DNA of 64,000 nucleotides, taken from contig OZ024740.1 in NCBI GenBank assembly GCA_964016885.1, forward strand, positions 402,938,001-403,002,000. Reading direction: 5' to 3'. Shown here piece after piece: positions 39,956 through 55,186 of this stretch (position 1 is the first letter of the stretch; each line of letters begins with the position of its first letter). The position numbers and the translations under genes are program-made. Origin of the DNA: Eledone cirrhosa. Taxonomy: Eukaryota. Below the pieces are notes generated by a model. The model was not told the DNA's origin. It saw only the letters and a list, made by a program, of their open reading frames with translations, and made no database searches.

Positions 39956-40831
39956 TCTATATATATAAAACTGACGATGTCTGTCTGTGTGTGTGTTTTC
40001 AAACTTTACACATGTAATACTTAGGTTTCAGGAAGTGTTCTGAGCAAAAGAAATTTCAAATTTTCAATGCCCTAGGGACCGCATTAGACGATTTAGCGAT
40101 CTCGCTCTATAATTCTTAGTCTTTCTCTTTTTAGATAGATACATACATATAACATCGCGCCCTTATAATATCTGTCTGCGTTACGTCACTTCCCTGAGGA
40201 TGTCTGTCTGTGTATGTGTGTGTGTGTGTCTGAGTTTGAATCCCTAAAACTAGAGAAGTACCCAACCGAATTTTTTTAAACTTTACATGTGTATTACTAA
40301 TGTTTCAGGGAGTGTTATGCACATAAATTCAACTCTTTTATCTCCTTTGTTATCTCGCATTAGGTGAAAAACTGCGTTTTTTAAAGACTTTTAGTGGTTT
40401 TTTGAGGCGTTACGTCAGACCGATTTCCTTGAAATTGTAACTATGTATTAGTCAGTCTCTTCTTCATACAGTAAGCAAAGAAAATCCAACTTTCTTATGG
40501 CCTAGGACCTGCATTAGGTGAAAAACTTCATTTTTTCAGCTTCTTACGGCTCTTTAGAGGCATTACGTCTAGCCGATTTTCCCGAAATTTCAAGGCATAT
40601 TATGCACATATAAAAAAATTCATTTTCTTGATCCCCCAGGGCTCTCATTAGGAGAAAACCTGCATTTTTCCTGTTTCATCGAGGGAAATCTTAAAGATTA
40701 TCCAGTCATCAGAGTATTCGGTTTATTTTCTTTACATATTGTCCAGGCATGCAGTTTTTCCACGATTAGGTCTGTTGGCGGCCCGCGTTCCAAAATACCT
40801 TATCCCGTGCAACGCCGGGTACCACTGCTAG
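39956..40831 (+). mobile_element. Non-autonomous Helitron
   Basis: A|TCTATATATATAAAACTG start; internal subrepeats; hairpin cccgtgcaacgccggg; CTAG|T end. Confidence 0.85.
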
Positions 40832-41381
40832 TATGAAATAAAATTCAGATTATCTTGATTTTTTAAGACATTTTCAACCTCACAGTTACGTCAAATGTTA
40901 CTAATATTTAAATGATGCTAGTACTTCATAAGAAAATGAAACTTTACACCAAGAACACCGAACGTGAAACACTAATAACTTCAGATTAGCAATAATTGGA
41001 AAGAATCACGAACGTAGTCATGATGATATATAATCTTTCCTTTTTGTTTTCCTTTGGATTACGAATATTTCACAATAAATCTATTATTATGAAACATTTG
41101 CAGTAATATTTTTTCAACTTTAGTATTTGTTTTATCGATCTCTCATTGTCGAGCTGCTACTTTATGGGACAGACACACACACAGATGGACAAACAAATAT
41201 ATGCTTACTTTCATACATACATACCTACACACATGTATGCATGCAAACATACATAGATAGCTACACACATGGATGCATACAAATATACACACATACATAT
41301 TGTATATACATACATATTGTATACTAATTGTATATGTATAAATGTACATGTATATATGCACACACACCTATATATATATAG

Positions 41382-41417
<36 letters not shown>

Positions 41418-41502
41418 AAGTTTATCCCGGGTTTAGTCGAGGGTAACTACAGTAAGTGATGATTTCTCCCGAATAAAACAGTTTTAGTCCTGTAGAAGCC
41501 TT

Positions 41503-41561
<59 letters not shown>

Positions 41562-41663
41562 GGACCCCGACGGCTGAGCTCCGGCCGTTTCGACGGCTAG
41601 ACCCTAAGTATCGAGTACTCTGGTGTGTTATAGTCCACATGTTTCCTTACCACACTTTCTTTG

Positions 41664-41704
<41 letters not shown>

Positions 41705-42175
41705 GTGGACATATAGCTTATATGTTTATCTGTGTATGTTTGTGTGTGCGACGGTGGTTGTTTGTGTGTGTGTGCGTATCTCTGTTTGTACGTGTCTGTA
41801 TAATGTAACCACTGAGATTTAGTGAAGAATAGTGTCCTTCTTGGGCTTCATACATGTGGCACATTTTGATGGATTTATACTTAATTAGAATAATGTCTTC
41901 AACAGACAGCCGTTTGGTTGTTAGCACGGATGCTCTCAGTTACGGTTTGGTTGCCTATCTGATAATATTCAACACCACAAGGCAGCTAATCGCTGTTAAA
42001 ATCAGCGTGAAACTTATTCCCAAGGAAAGAAGGCAACGTATATATTATTTGTTTGATTTGTGTTTGTTAAGTATGTTTGTATGTATGAATCCATATACAT
42101 GTATGTGTGTATGCATGTATGCATGTATGTGTATGATTGTATCTATGTGTGTATATATATACATATATATATATA

Positions 42176-42224
<49 letters not shown>

Positions 42225-42288
42225 ATGCATGTAGGTTTGTATGTATGCATGCACACACATTTATACATACATCTACATTTATATATAG

Positions 42289-42337
<49 letters not shown>

Positions 42338-42342
42338 CACAA

Positions 42343-42374
<32 letters not shown>

Positions 42375-42456
42375 TATATATCTTTCTGTGATTATGTGTG
42401 TATGAATATATGAATGTGTGCGCGTGGGTGTGTGTGCATGCATATTGATATGTATA

Positions 42457-42534
<78 letters not shown>

Positions 42535-42924
42535 GTCACATTACTTGCTTGTAGTTACTATATCTTAAGTGCAACTCTACCACACAAAGTTCCACAACAG
42601 TGAGAGAACGATGAAAATATCAGACTCTTGTAAGCTGTTTGTAATTTTAAAATGAGAAGATTATATTTTTGAATGGGAAGTTTATATTTTTTACTATATT
42701 TAGTTTCACGTGTGTTCTTATTCACATCCTACAAGTGTCTTCATTTTAATTCATATTTCTGTTTGTACTCGTATTTATACTTGTATGTGTGCGTCTCGTG
42801 TTTTTTATGATAGAACTATATCTTTTCTTTTGTTTATTTCAGCCATTAGACGGCGGACATCTAAACTGTTTTTTTTTTTTTGTCAATCATATCAATCCCA
42901 GTGCATATTATATATATATTTTCA

Positions 42925-43145
42925 AGGGCGGTGGATTGGCAGCATCCGTAGGGAGGCGGATACCATGCTTTGCAGCATAGAGTTACGGTCCTTTGTGGTC
43001 TGAGTTCAAATCCTGCCGAGGTTAACTTTGCCTTTCATCCTTACGGGGTCGATAAAATAAAGCACCAGTAACGTACTGGGGTCGATTTAATCGACTTTCC
43101 CCTCCTCCCAAATTGCTGGCCTTGTGCCTAGACTAGAAATCATTA
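42925..43145 (+). mobile_element. Full-length Nin/Deu tRNA SINE
   Basis: gggcggtggattggcag...gagttcaaatcc...ctttcatccttacggggtcgat. Confidence 0.85.
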
Positions 43146-43312
43146 TATATATATCTTCAAATCCGGTAATTTGTTGATGATTTTAATTTTATGTTAAACC
43201 GATAAGACATGGGCACACACGTATTCACATACACATATACAAACAAACAGACGCGTACACACACACAGGCACGCACACTCACACACACACACACACGCAT
43301 AAACACACATTT

Positions 43313-43510
43313 GGCTTTATGGTTAGAGCGTGGAGCTCACAAAATAAGGTTGTGAGTTCGAATTCCGGACCGGGCAGTGCCTTGTGTTCGTGATCAAAAC
43401 ATTTTATTTGACGTTGCTCCAGTTCCCTCAGCTGTAGAAATGTGCTGCAACGTCACTGGTGCCAAGCTGTATCGGACATTGTCTTTCCCTTGGAGAATAT
43501 CGGTGGCGTG
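43313..43510 (+). mobile_element. CORE-type tRNA SINE
   Basis: A box tggttagagc, B box gagttcgaattcc, CORE-like ttgctccagttccctcagctgtagaaatg. Confidence 0.72.
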
Positions 43511-46065
43511 TTGTTTTTTGTTTCGTATATTTTCCAAACGTAGGGTATGTAGGTTCCCATTTTCCAATATATTTCTCTTACATATTGTATCCAGGACCCC
43601 ATAATAAAATGTGTCCCATATTTTGACCCCATAATAAAATGTGTCCCATATTTTGAAGACAATAGAATGTGATCACGTAGAGTTTCTTGCGTTTGCTCAC
43701 TTATTTGTTATGTAATACAATAGGATATGTACATCTATCTTCATGTCGTTTGATATTTTTTATAGTATAAAATTTAAGATCTAAATCTCTGGTTTTATCT
43801 TGTGTTGAGGAAATGTTGATGTTATCAGGTTTTGGTTAATGGTTCAGTCGTAGCACTAGTTGAAGAATACATATTTCTCTTGAAGCCAAATCATTGGGCA
43901 CAGAGTTGAATTATGTAATTATATAACTAATTATTGTTTTACTGAACCAGTAGCAAGGAACACTAAATACAAATCCTGGGCCAATAATTATCCCTGTTAG
44001 ATTTCATCACGACAGCAAAATGTGCAAACGTTTTAGTCATGAATATTCTTATAAGTATGCATTTGTCCATCACTATCTATCATCTCAGAGCGATAAAATA
44101 TATGCGCGTCGTGTTGTCACTGTTATCAATGTGCGGAAATAGGAGTATCTTAAATCAAGTGGGTGCATGCGTGATAAAACTTTTCTTACTTGAACTGACT
44201 GGGTTGAGTGTCCTGTGAGATACACTGGGTGAAGTAGGTAACATCAAAGGTGATGTGAGTTTCAATTTCTTTGTAAAATCAAAAGACTCATAGAGAAGCC
44301 GATGAAACGTTCAATATTTGTATCTACCCTCCCCTTACCTATCCACAGATGTACACTGTTATGCCTACGAACCTACCTACCTACCTACCTACCTACCAAA
44401 TTTCTTATTTCTTTATTACCATTTCAATTATATATATCAATACATAGATTTTAACTTTACTTTCTTACTCAGTTCTTTTTCTTGACAAATGGTCTGAGCC
44501 CAAAATGTCGATACATTTCCGTTTCTTGCAGCAATTACATTTACATTTATTTTTGTTACTATTATATTTCCATTTGATTACCTGTTGCCCACACAGACAC
44601 ATACCGAACTTTCCCGTTCATTGATTTCACTTTATTGCAAAGAGATTTGTGACAACTGATTTAGCCAAGTTACCTATGAATACGTCTGTTGTCGATGTGT
44701 GAAATGCTCTCAATCGGGGTCCGGCTAGAGGTATATTATCAGTTACCATACGTGTATAGGCTACATAACTTTAAGACATGTTCTGACAGTGTGCAAACAA
44801 CCGGTTTCAAGATCATGCTGGTGGAATAACAAAGTATCTAACATCAATGTGAGTTATCTAAAGCAGCAATGAAGTATCATCGAAGTAATAAAAATCAACA
44901 TCAAGTTTTCCACAAGAAAAGCAACAAATGGTACTGTGAAGGAATCCAAGAACGAATTTTCTAAATGGTGCTAATGAATGAAGAGGAAGGTGAATTTGAA
45001 ATACGCACTCGTGTTCACGTAGCATATTGCAACAACAAGTCGAGGCCATGAATTTGTTGTGAATGTGGAATTGAGAAGACTATTGAAATAAACAAGTGAA
45101 TGGAAACGCTTGGAGCATAAGAATTGCTGTGTACAGTACTTCCGCTCAATGTTGTGGGCTTTACGCTAGATCTAAAATATGCTGATATTCGATATAAAAA
45201 CACAGTAGAGTAATGATTGCTGAATTGCAGGAACAGACCGATTCATAGCAGATATGTTAGAAATATATTAAAATAAGCGAAAGCAAATTTTTAGCAGGTT
45301 GTAACAAAATCAGTCACTATGTTGAGAGTTGTTGCAGTCGTCCTTAGTGTAATATAAAAACCCAAGAAACCGGATAATTACTGATAGCCATTAAACTGCT
45401 CGGCCCAAATTGAGAAAGCAGTACTATCTTGAGGTGTCGACAGCTGATAAAGGGATTTCCGATGTGATAGCTGTACATAAAATAGAAAATATATACATGT
45501 ATATGTGTGTAGGGAGAGACAGTCTGTATGTGTATATAAATGTGTAACACCTTTCCACACACCTGTGTGTCAATTTTATTATTACATATACATGTATGCA
45601 TCTGTATGTATGTGTCAATGTGAGTGTATTTATATATGTGTATATGCGTTTGCATTTTATGTTTAGTGTCTATTTTAGTTATATTTGTATGTGTACATAA
45701 ATGTGTGTACGTGTGTGGATGTATGCGGGTATTTATTTTATAGCCTGAACTTCTGACTTCAGCCGGCGATCAACTCACTCAAGCAGCAACGTTACAAATT
45801 ACTGAAGCCATCAACAAAGAAGAAAGTCACTGGTCTTTCATAGCTGAGCCTTTATTTATTTTATTCTATTATTATGTTTTTTTAATTGTTACTAGCAGGA
45901 GATGAATAAAGCCCCGCCAACATCGGGCTTTGTCCTCTTCTTATCCTTCTTTAAGCTTCAGCTGATTATTCGTTTTTCTGTATAGCGTTCTCTATTTCTC
46001 ATTCATTCATCTTCTCTCTCTTCCTCACTCGCTCCCTCAATGTTTATATATATATATATATAAGT

Positions 46066-46109
<44 letters not shown>

Positions 46110-46554
46110 ATATATATATATATATATACAAGAAGGTAGTACAGCATAATCGAAGCTCTGGTTGCGGGCAAGCTAACGAATGCTGTCGGGAAGTGCAGCC
46201 AAAAGCACTCAATAAGGAATTTTACCTTAGAGTTATAACATTACGCTCAGACAGCTATGCAAATTGAAGCCAGCGATCGAAAAGCAACCTGCTAGGACCA
46301 GAACAGCGAAAACACCAACTCGGGGAAAAGTTTGACTGTCTCTCTCTCTATATATATATAGGAAAAAGTATGACCCCGACGGCAGAGCTCAAGCCATTTC
46401 GACCGTTATTTCTGGACAGTCGAGAAATAGCCGTCGAAACGGCTTGAGTTCTGCTGTCGGGGTCATACTTTTTCCTATTTCCCACTCTACTACCCTAAGT
46501 ATTGAGTACTCTGGTGCGTTATGGTCCATCTGGTTCCTTACCACAATTCCTTTG

Positions 46555-46590
<36 letters not shown>

Positions 46591-46832
46591 TGTGCAAACT
46601 GCGGCCCATTTGACTTTCCGGCTGGCAAGCCTAATTGACTTCTATTCTTTAGAAATGCGGCCCGCGTTATGACGAGCTAGATATATATGTGTGTGTATTT
46701 GTATATATATATATAGTTAGATCGCAGATATATATATATAAAAGACAGCGAGAAGCGAAAACCAACCAAACAGTGAGTGTGTTCTGTTATTAATTCTGGC
46801 AATATTACGCAAATATGACCCTCCCCAAATAT

Positions 46833-46879
<47 letters not shown>

Positions 46880-46957
46880 TAAAGTTAGTCCTTCATCAGT
46901 GATCTTCCAACCGTCATTGGTATTTCATCGCTTTGAAGACCAGATATATATATACAA

Positions 46958-47033
<76 letters not shown>

Positions 47034-47221
47034 TTATACAATATGTTGAAAAGGAAACACACTAGAGAGAGATAGTATGCCATCAATAAAACAAGGAAAA
47101 CCACCAGTGTATAGAGTCTATAATCTTTGGAGGGCAGGGTAGACACACAATAAGTAAAAATAAAAATGAAAATGTATATATTGACAGGGAATAACGAGAG
47201 TCTATGGGTCCGTTAATTTAT

Positions 47222-47257
<36 letters not shown>

Positions 47258-47567
47258 CGAAGGAAGTGTGGTAAGGAACCAGATGGACCATAACGCACCA
47301 GAGTACTCAATACTTAGGGTAGTAGAGTGGGTAATAGGAAAATGTTTAACCCCGACGGCAGAGGTCAAGCCGTTTGACGGCTATTTCTGGACTATATATA
47401 TATATATATTAAAATAACAGATTAAAGTTTAAGCAAAGAATCGCTGCTTTCACCCTTAACGGGATCTTCTTAAATAATAAATATTTGCTCTATGGTTCTT
47501 ATATATTTGATACATATTTATCCTTATCGAGCCCTCTTTGGATTTTAGTCTTCACATTTATTATTAT

Positions 47568-47632
<65 letters not shown>

Positions 47633-47646
47633 AATACATATATATA

Positions 47647-48385
47647 GTTCATCTCAGCGGCCGATGATCCGGGAGCTCTGTGTCTTTCGTTTGTATATTT
47701 ATTTTTTAAATAATATTTTAAGGTTTCCCCTTTAAAAAATTGTTTTTCGTTTTGCCTCGTTTTCGTTCGTTGTCTTGTCCTCTCTTTGTTAATTTTCCTA
47801 AGTTTATCATTACTAATCTGTGACGAACGTGTTATCCCTTCTCCCACCATTAAATTCAATGGCTTACATTTTTTAACAGGATAACTTATTTTCTTCTTGC
47901 TTTTTTTATTCCTCTCCCTTTCTCCTTCTTTCTTTTCCTTTATTTCATTCAGGAAACGTTCATGCTATAAAAACGCCACAATTTTTCCCTGACGTCACAT
48001 AAAATTCTATGTGTACTTGTTATAGCTCAATTGTTATGAATTAATGTTTCGTCTTGTCTCTTACTATACTGGACAGTGCTTTGCCTTCTGTTAGACGCTG
48101 TAACACCGTGTGAAACAGCAGTACGATTGGTAGGGGTTGAAACTGCCAAAGTCCATCTCAACGGCCGATGACCTTGCAGTCCTGTTTTTCATTTCTATTT
48201 TTATTTTTTATTTTTTATTTTTTATTTTTTATTTTTTATTTTTTAATATTTTAAGGTTTCCCCTTGAAAAAATTGTTATTTGTTTTGCCTTGTTTCCGTT
48301 TGTTGTCTTGTTCTCTCTTGGTCAATTTTCTTAAGTTTATCATTACTAATCCCTTCTCCCCCCACCCCCATTAATTTCAATAGCT
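47647..48385 (+). mobile_element. Old ~504-535-bp tandem unit with a possible decayed hammerhead (48093-48158); relative at about 60900-61340
   Basis: catctca.cggccgatga at 47650 and 48154; taaggtttcccc block repeated. Confidence 0.55.
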
Positions 48386-48391
48386 TACAAG

Positions 48392-48752
<361 letters not shown>

Positions 48753-50404
48753 AGAGCAAGATATTCTAAATCTTGATAGTCTCGTTTCAAACATGAAGTG
48801 ATGTTTGCGCCTGTTGCTACTCTTTTATTGTAGGCAAGGAGAAAGTGATCTCCGTAAACATTAACACCCGAATTTGAATTGTAACACTTAAATTAATGTG
48901 TCATCAGTCAGGGGTTTATAGTATCTATGTTTGTGTTAAGTGTATATTGTATTCGTGCTTCTTTCAGTATTATGAACATTGTTCCCTTAATTAATTGTCT
49001 GTGTATGTGGGAAATTATGTAGAATAGATAACAGGCATTTGTGAATAAGAGAACAATGTCCCGTAAAAACTGAAGCTTGATTAAAATAGAATTATGCTGA
49101 TGAGTTCTAATACATACAAAGATGCCCATAGTTGCCCATTGACTGCAAACGAATGCTATAATTTCGTATCCCTTATAAAATATATTTCGAGAAATTAATT
49201 TTTAATTTTTGATTTTTGCTTTCTTTCATTTGGTGTCCTTGTAAATAAATCGTTAATTGTTATTTCCTACTTCTTATTTCAAGATATAACATCACACGGC
49301 GTTTATCCACATAAAAATGCATATATTCCACCAGAATTGGCAATGATTGTGTTTCACAATAAGACCGAATAAACACGAAATATTCTGCAGTTATCACCAT
49401 ACTCCGCACTACATTCATTTTTTTTTATTATTGATCTTTATTAATTAGATTTTTCCCTTGACAATTAAGTTAATGACTTTATCTACTTACCATTTTCTAC
49501 TTACCAAGTGTATTTTAACAAATTAAAATATTTTGACAAATATCTTACCTATTTAATCACCGTCGATAATATTTTCTAAATTATGTTTTCACAACACCAA
49601 TTTCCTCGTCTCCTTAAAATTTCCCGCCTTAGGCTTGAACAGGGTGGAGATATGTAAGCTAGAACTGCCAGAGCATCAAAATGTTTATTCTGCACATATT
49701 AATCGTGACTTTTAAACGAGCACAGCATCTGAGTATCATCATAATGTGGGGAATAATGTCCTAATAATGTTTCTGACAATGTCCGAATAATGTTTCTGAT
49801 ATGATGGAGGTGTCTATGTTTGTTTGAAAAAGATTATGCATGTAATGGCTTAGACTATGAACGTTAAAATGTCCCGCAACAGTAAATATCTGTTTGGTGG
49901 TAAATGGTCACCGATTTGAGACTGCACGTCCTATTCATGAAATATTTTTCTGTGTGGTTAAAATTTCCCGCCTTAGATTTAAACAATAATTGAAGATGAA
50001 GTTTAACAACCAGGTTAGCTTAGTATTACATCAAGGTGATGACTTTCAATGGTCATTTGGTGACCAGGTAACAGTCATGAGATACTTTTAGCTTAACACA
50101 AACTAATTAGTTTTGAAAAACTATGTGTCAGTGCAACCACAAAGCATAATTATTTTTTAAAAAAATTGAATGCAAAGAGAGACGACTGTTTCTCTCAAAT
50201 AATCTATTTAATATCAGCATATAACGTAATTACACTATGCGTATGGTCCCGTAACTCCTGATAGAATTGTAAGGGGCAACGTTTTGACATACGGCGTTTC
50301 CTAGGCATTTTAAGCCTGGCGGAGCCCATCTCTCTCCAGACCTGAGTACAGCAGATTTCTTCCAGAGAAAGACAGAAAGAGCAAATGAGAAAGAGTTGTA
50401 GAGG

Positions 50405-50816
50405 ACGAATCGAAGTCAGTACTAGACTGGTACTTTATTTATCGACCTCGAAAGGATGAAAGGCAAAGTTGACGACCGCGGGATTTGAACTCAGAGTGCA
50501 TCGACCCGGAACGAATAACATAAAGTATTCTATCCGACGTTCTAACGACTCTGCCAATTCGCTGCCTTAATCACACTATACCTATGATAATATAGTCTGT
50601 TGTGTTTTATTCTAATGAAGCATAGTGTATAGCCAATTAACATGAACTTGCTTAGGTTGCTTCATTTACAAAAAGTAACAAAACAAACGTCATTGTATGT
50701 TCCGTTAAACTAGTCAGAAAAAATTAATATTCGGTGTATTCCAAACAAGCGGACAATGAAACCCGACTCCAATTAATGAGCTATATATATTCAAGTAAAT
50801 ACACGTGACCCCCCCC

Positions 50817-50874
<58 letters not shown>

Positions 50875-51930
50875 TGTATTTGTGTGTATGTGTGTATGAT
50901 GCATGTGTACTGTCAAATAACACCGTCACCACAAACACACTATGATAGCCAGTAGATAAATCTCTTAACTGTTACGAAAGATTTTTCCCCAGTGAGGAAT
51001 ATTTTAATGACTATATGGGCAAATCTAAGCATGATACACGAAGGAGAGGCAATAGAGCCTCTACAATGTCGTCCACTTGCTAAAAATGGTAGCCAATTCT
51101 ACTTATCTTACACGAGCGTCTCAAAAGAGGTCAAATGCTTTAAACAATGTAATATTTTTTCTACTTTTGGCACAAGGCCAGCAATATACCAGTGCATTAC
51201 TGGTACTTTGTTTTATCGACCCCGTAAGGATGAAAGGCAAAGTTAACCTCCGCGGGATTTGAACTCAGAATGGCAAGGGCCGTAATTCTATGCGTCAAAG
51301 CATGGCGTCCGACTCTCTACCGAGACTGCTAATCCACCGCCAAACAATGTAATAATCTTCTCGCATCATCTTCTTTCATTTCAAATAGGAGTAATCTTCA
51401 ACATAAAAGATTTGCACTCAACACTGGGAAATTCGCATTCGCCATTGATTCCTATCAGTCTCAAAGTCTACTGTTTCTCTTATATTTAAGTTGGCATCTG
51501 GCTAGATCCTCATTAAATTTATAAATATACAGCTTTCACGAAGCTCCTTCAATATTATAAGGCTCCGTAGCTTTATTTCGGATATTGAAATTGGAATGAG
51601 TGGCCAGTAGTACATTAGGTTTTCTCAAAGCATGTCCCACCGTACAGAAAAATGAACAACAGATAAAAATCATAAGAGAGCGGGTTAGTTTTTTATTTCT
51701 TATTTTTATTATTCAAGTCTTTAGGGGGGTGGATTGGCAGTATCGGTACAGCGTCGAACAACATGCTTAACGGCATAGATTTATAGCCCTTTACGTTCTG
51801 AGTTCAAATCCAGCCCAAGTTAGCTTGTCTTCTATCCTTAAAGAGTTGAGATAAAATAATGTACCAGTAATGCACTGGGGTAGATTTAATCGACTTTCCC
51901 TTTCCCAAAAATGTGTTGGTGTTGTGCGTA
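50405..51930. mobile_element. Three Nin/Deu SINE copies (- 50405-50567; - 51150-51343; + 51725-51930)
   Basis: Shared B-box and central domain. Confidence 0.75.
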
Positions 51931-52409
51931 AAATCCGTCTCACTACGATAGGACATAATTGTTTAGAACAATTCCATATAAAGTAGAGTTTTCATGCTAC
52001 TGCATATTCTCCGACATTTAGCTGTTAACACGTTATTTGATAACAAGCATAAACCATTTGATACATCGTGTATAACATTGTCTTTTATAATACAGTATAT
52101 GAATATAAATCCCTGAGTGCTTGGCTAGTGCGTTAGCTTTTGGAACAGGTTGTATTTATATAGAAGGTAGATGGCCATAACTAAGGTAATTTCGCAGGAG
52201 CTCTAACGACCCTTCTAATACTTTGACAAATTTCATGAATATACATTTTTATATTTTCCCAGTGCTATCTTTAAATTCATTTTATTCTTATTCTTTCACT
52301 GTATATTTTTTTTATTATACGGAGACACAAAGGATTCACAGGCACACATATATATATACATATACATATATACATATACATATATACACACACACATACA
52401 CACACACAT

Positions 52410-52590
<181 letters not shown>

Positions 52591-52720
52591 GTGAGGTTTT
52601 TTTACAAAATGAAAAATAACCGAGGTGTCCTACACGAGTGAAAGTATAAAGAAAAAATGATGAAATCGAAAATGCAGCTGGAGTCTTATTTTTTTTTAAA
52701 TATATATATTTATTTGGTTC

Positions 52721-52756
52721 CTTTACCGGTTTCGCAGTTCTTCTGCTTTTCAAAAG
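52721..52756 (-). ncRNA. U3-A8 variant minimal hammerhead (cassette 52583-52810)
   Basis: Identical to 9117-9152. Confidence 0.72.
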
Positions 52757-52851
52757 TAGAGTTGAGATGGAGGGTCGGTGGTTTTTCTCACATCTGGAGG
52801 GTCTGTGGTTTATATATATATAGTTATGTAATAAACAACATAAGACAATTA

Positions 52852-52912
52852 TTTCATTTACCAGTGGTTTCTTAAAAGCAAAAAAATTTAGTTTTCAATC
52901 ATCAGAATGAAA
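52852..52912 (-). ncRNA. Type I hammerhead, probably the 3' pLTR of the PLE at 55187-56620
   Basis: TTTCATT-CTGATGA-TTGAAA...TTTTAA-GAAA-CCACTGG-TA-AATGAAA. Confidence 0.85.
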
Positions 52913-53281
52913 AAATCCTGGTGTATTTATTGGCGTTGGATTTTAAAAACAAAAATATAATCTATATGAAAGTGAGGCTGGAAAAGGAAGAAGGAAAGGA
53001 AAAATAAAAACACACATGCAAACACACACACACAATTATATACATACACATATATATATACATACACACATACATACACACACACATATACAAACACACA
53101 CACATATACATATGTGTATATATATACATACACATACATATACACATACATACATACACACATAAATATCAACATATCCATACATACACATACATACAAA
53201 TACACAACCGTGCATACACACACACAGACACACATATACATGCATATATATATATACATAAACATATATATATACATACAT

Positions 53282-53324
<43 letters not shown>

Positions 53325-53754
53325 CATATAAATACATATATACATACACATACATACATACATACATACATACATACATACATACATACAATCATACGTA
53401 TATACACACGTACATACATACACATACATACACACATATATACACGCATACATACGCATGCACAAATATAGAAATATATACACACAAATAAATATAAGAA
53501 AAAATATATAATAATAAAAAAAATAAAAATAAATATAAAGATTATTATAGTGTTGACAGCGATACAGGCAACAAATAAATGAACAAATACACGTGGTAAG
53601 CAATACCCACAAATGCACGTACACATACATACGTAAAAATAAATACATACACACACTCTCACGCATACACATACATATACAAATACATAAAAACATACAT
53701 ACGCATACACATATACATACACACACACACACACACACACATATATACATATAT

Positions 53755-53801
<47 letters not shown>

Positions 53802-54322
53802 CATACATATCCATACACACATACACATACATATACATACATATCACAAACATATACATACAAATACAAACACACTCATATATATGTGTGTAAAACTCAT
53901 TCTTAGATAATTCATATGAACCTTGTTTAACTCTAATATATATACACATATATACATATACACATATATATATACATATATATATACCTACACACACATA
54001 TACATACACATACGTATGCATACATACATATACACACACACACATATAATTATATATATATATATGTATATATATCAGAAAGAACATAAATATTATATAT
54101 ATAAAAAAAACTAAATATTGTATATATAAAAATAAAAATAAAAATAAAAATAAAAATAAAAATGAAAATAAAAAGTTGGGAATACGACAAATAATAAATA
54201 AAAAAATATAATTAGAAAAGGGTATAAATGTTTATAGCAGATTTAGAGCACTCAACAATTCCTGGAACAAAAGATCAATGAAAATAAGCATTAAATCACT
54301 GTATGTAATTATGCATATACAT

Positions 54323-54363
<41 letters not shown>

Positions 54364-54623
54364 TACATATATATACATACACACACAAACACAACTACAG
54401 AAATACACACACAAACACAACCACAGAAATACACACATACATATACGCATATATATATATATATATACACACACATAGGAAAAAGTCTGACCCCACGGCA
54501 GAGCTCAAGCCGTTTCTGAGGCTATTATATATATACACACAAAACCATTATATAAAAAATACATATACACGCCCATACACACACCTGAAATCTATATATA
54601 CACACATACATACACACACATAT

Positions 54624-54729
<106 letters not shown>

Positions 54730-54906
54730 CATATATACATATATACATATATACATATATATATATACACACACGCACAAATACAACAGAAGTATATAAT
54801 ATACAATTATATATAAACATACATATACATACAGATAGATATAAACATACATACACACACATATACATACACATATACATATACACACACATATACATAC
54901 ACACAC

Positions 54907-54979
<73 letters not shown>

Positions 54980-55186
54980 CATATACGCAACACACAAAAA
55001 AATAAATATCTAAAAATAAAAATAAAATTGGTATGTGAAGTGTAAGGCAGAAAGTAGGGGGGAATAAATGACATAGGAAAAGGTTTAAATATAAGGGGAG
55101 ATAAGGGAGAAAGAGAATACGAGAGAACAGAACGTGGATTCAGCAGGTAAAAAAACCGTAGTGGAAGTAAAGAGCAGGAAAGGAGT

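Noticed and set aside
40665-40716. CTGATGA...GAAA inside the Helitron
   Set aside because: Stems I and III cannot be formed
44640-45300. Possible decayed transposase-like sequence (also about 49600-50200 and 51350-51650)
   Set aside because: No recognisable motif or open frame; cannot be assigned without a database search
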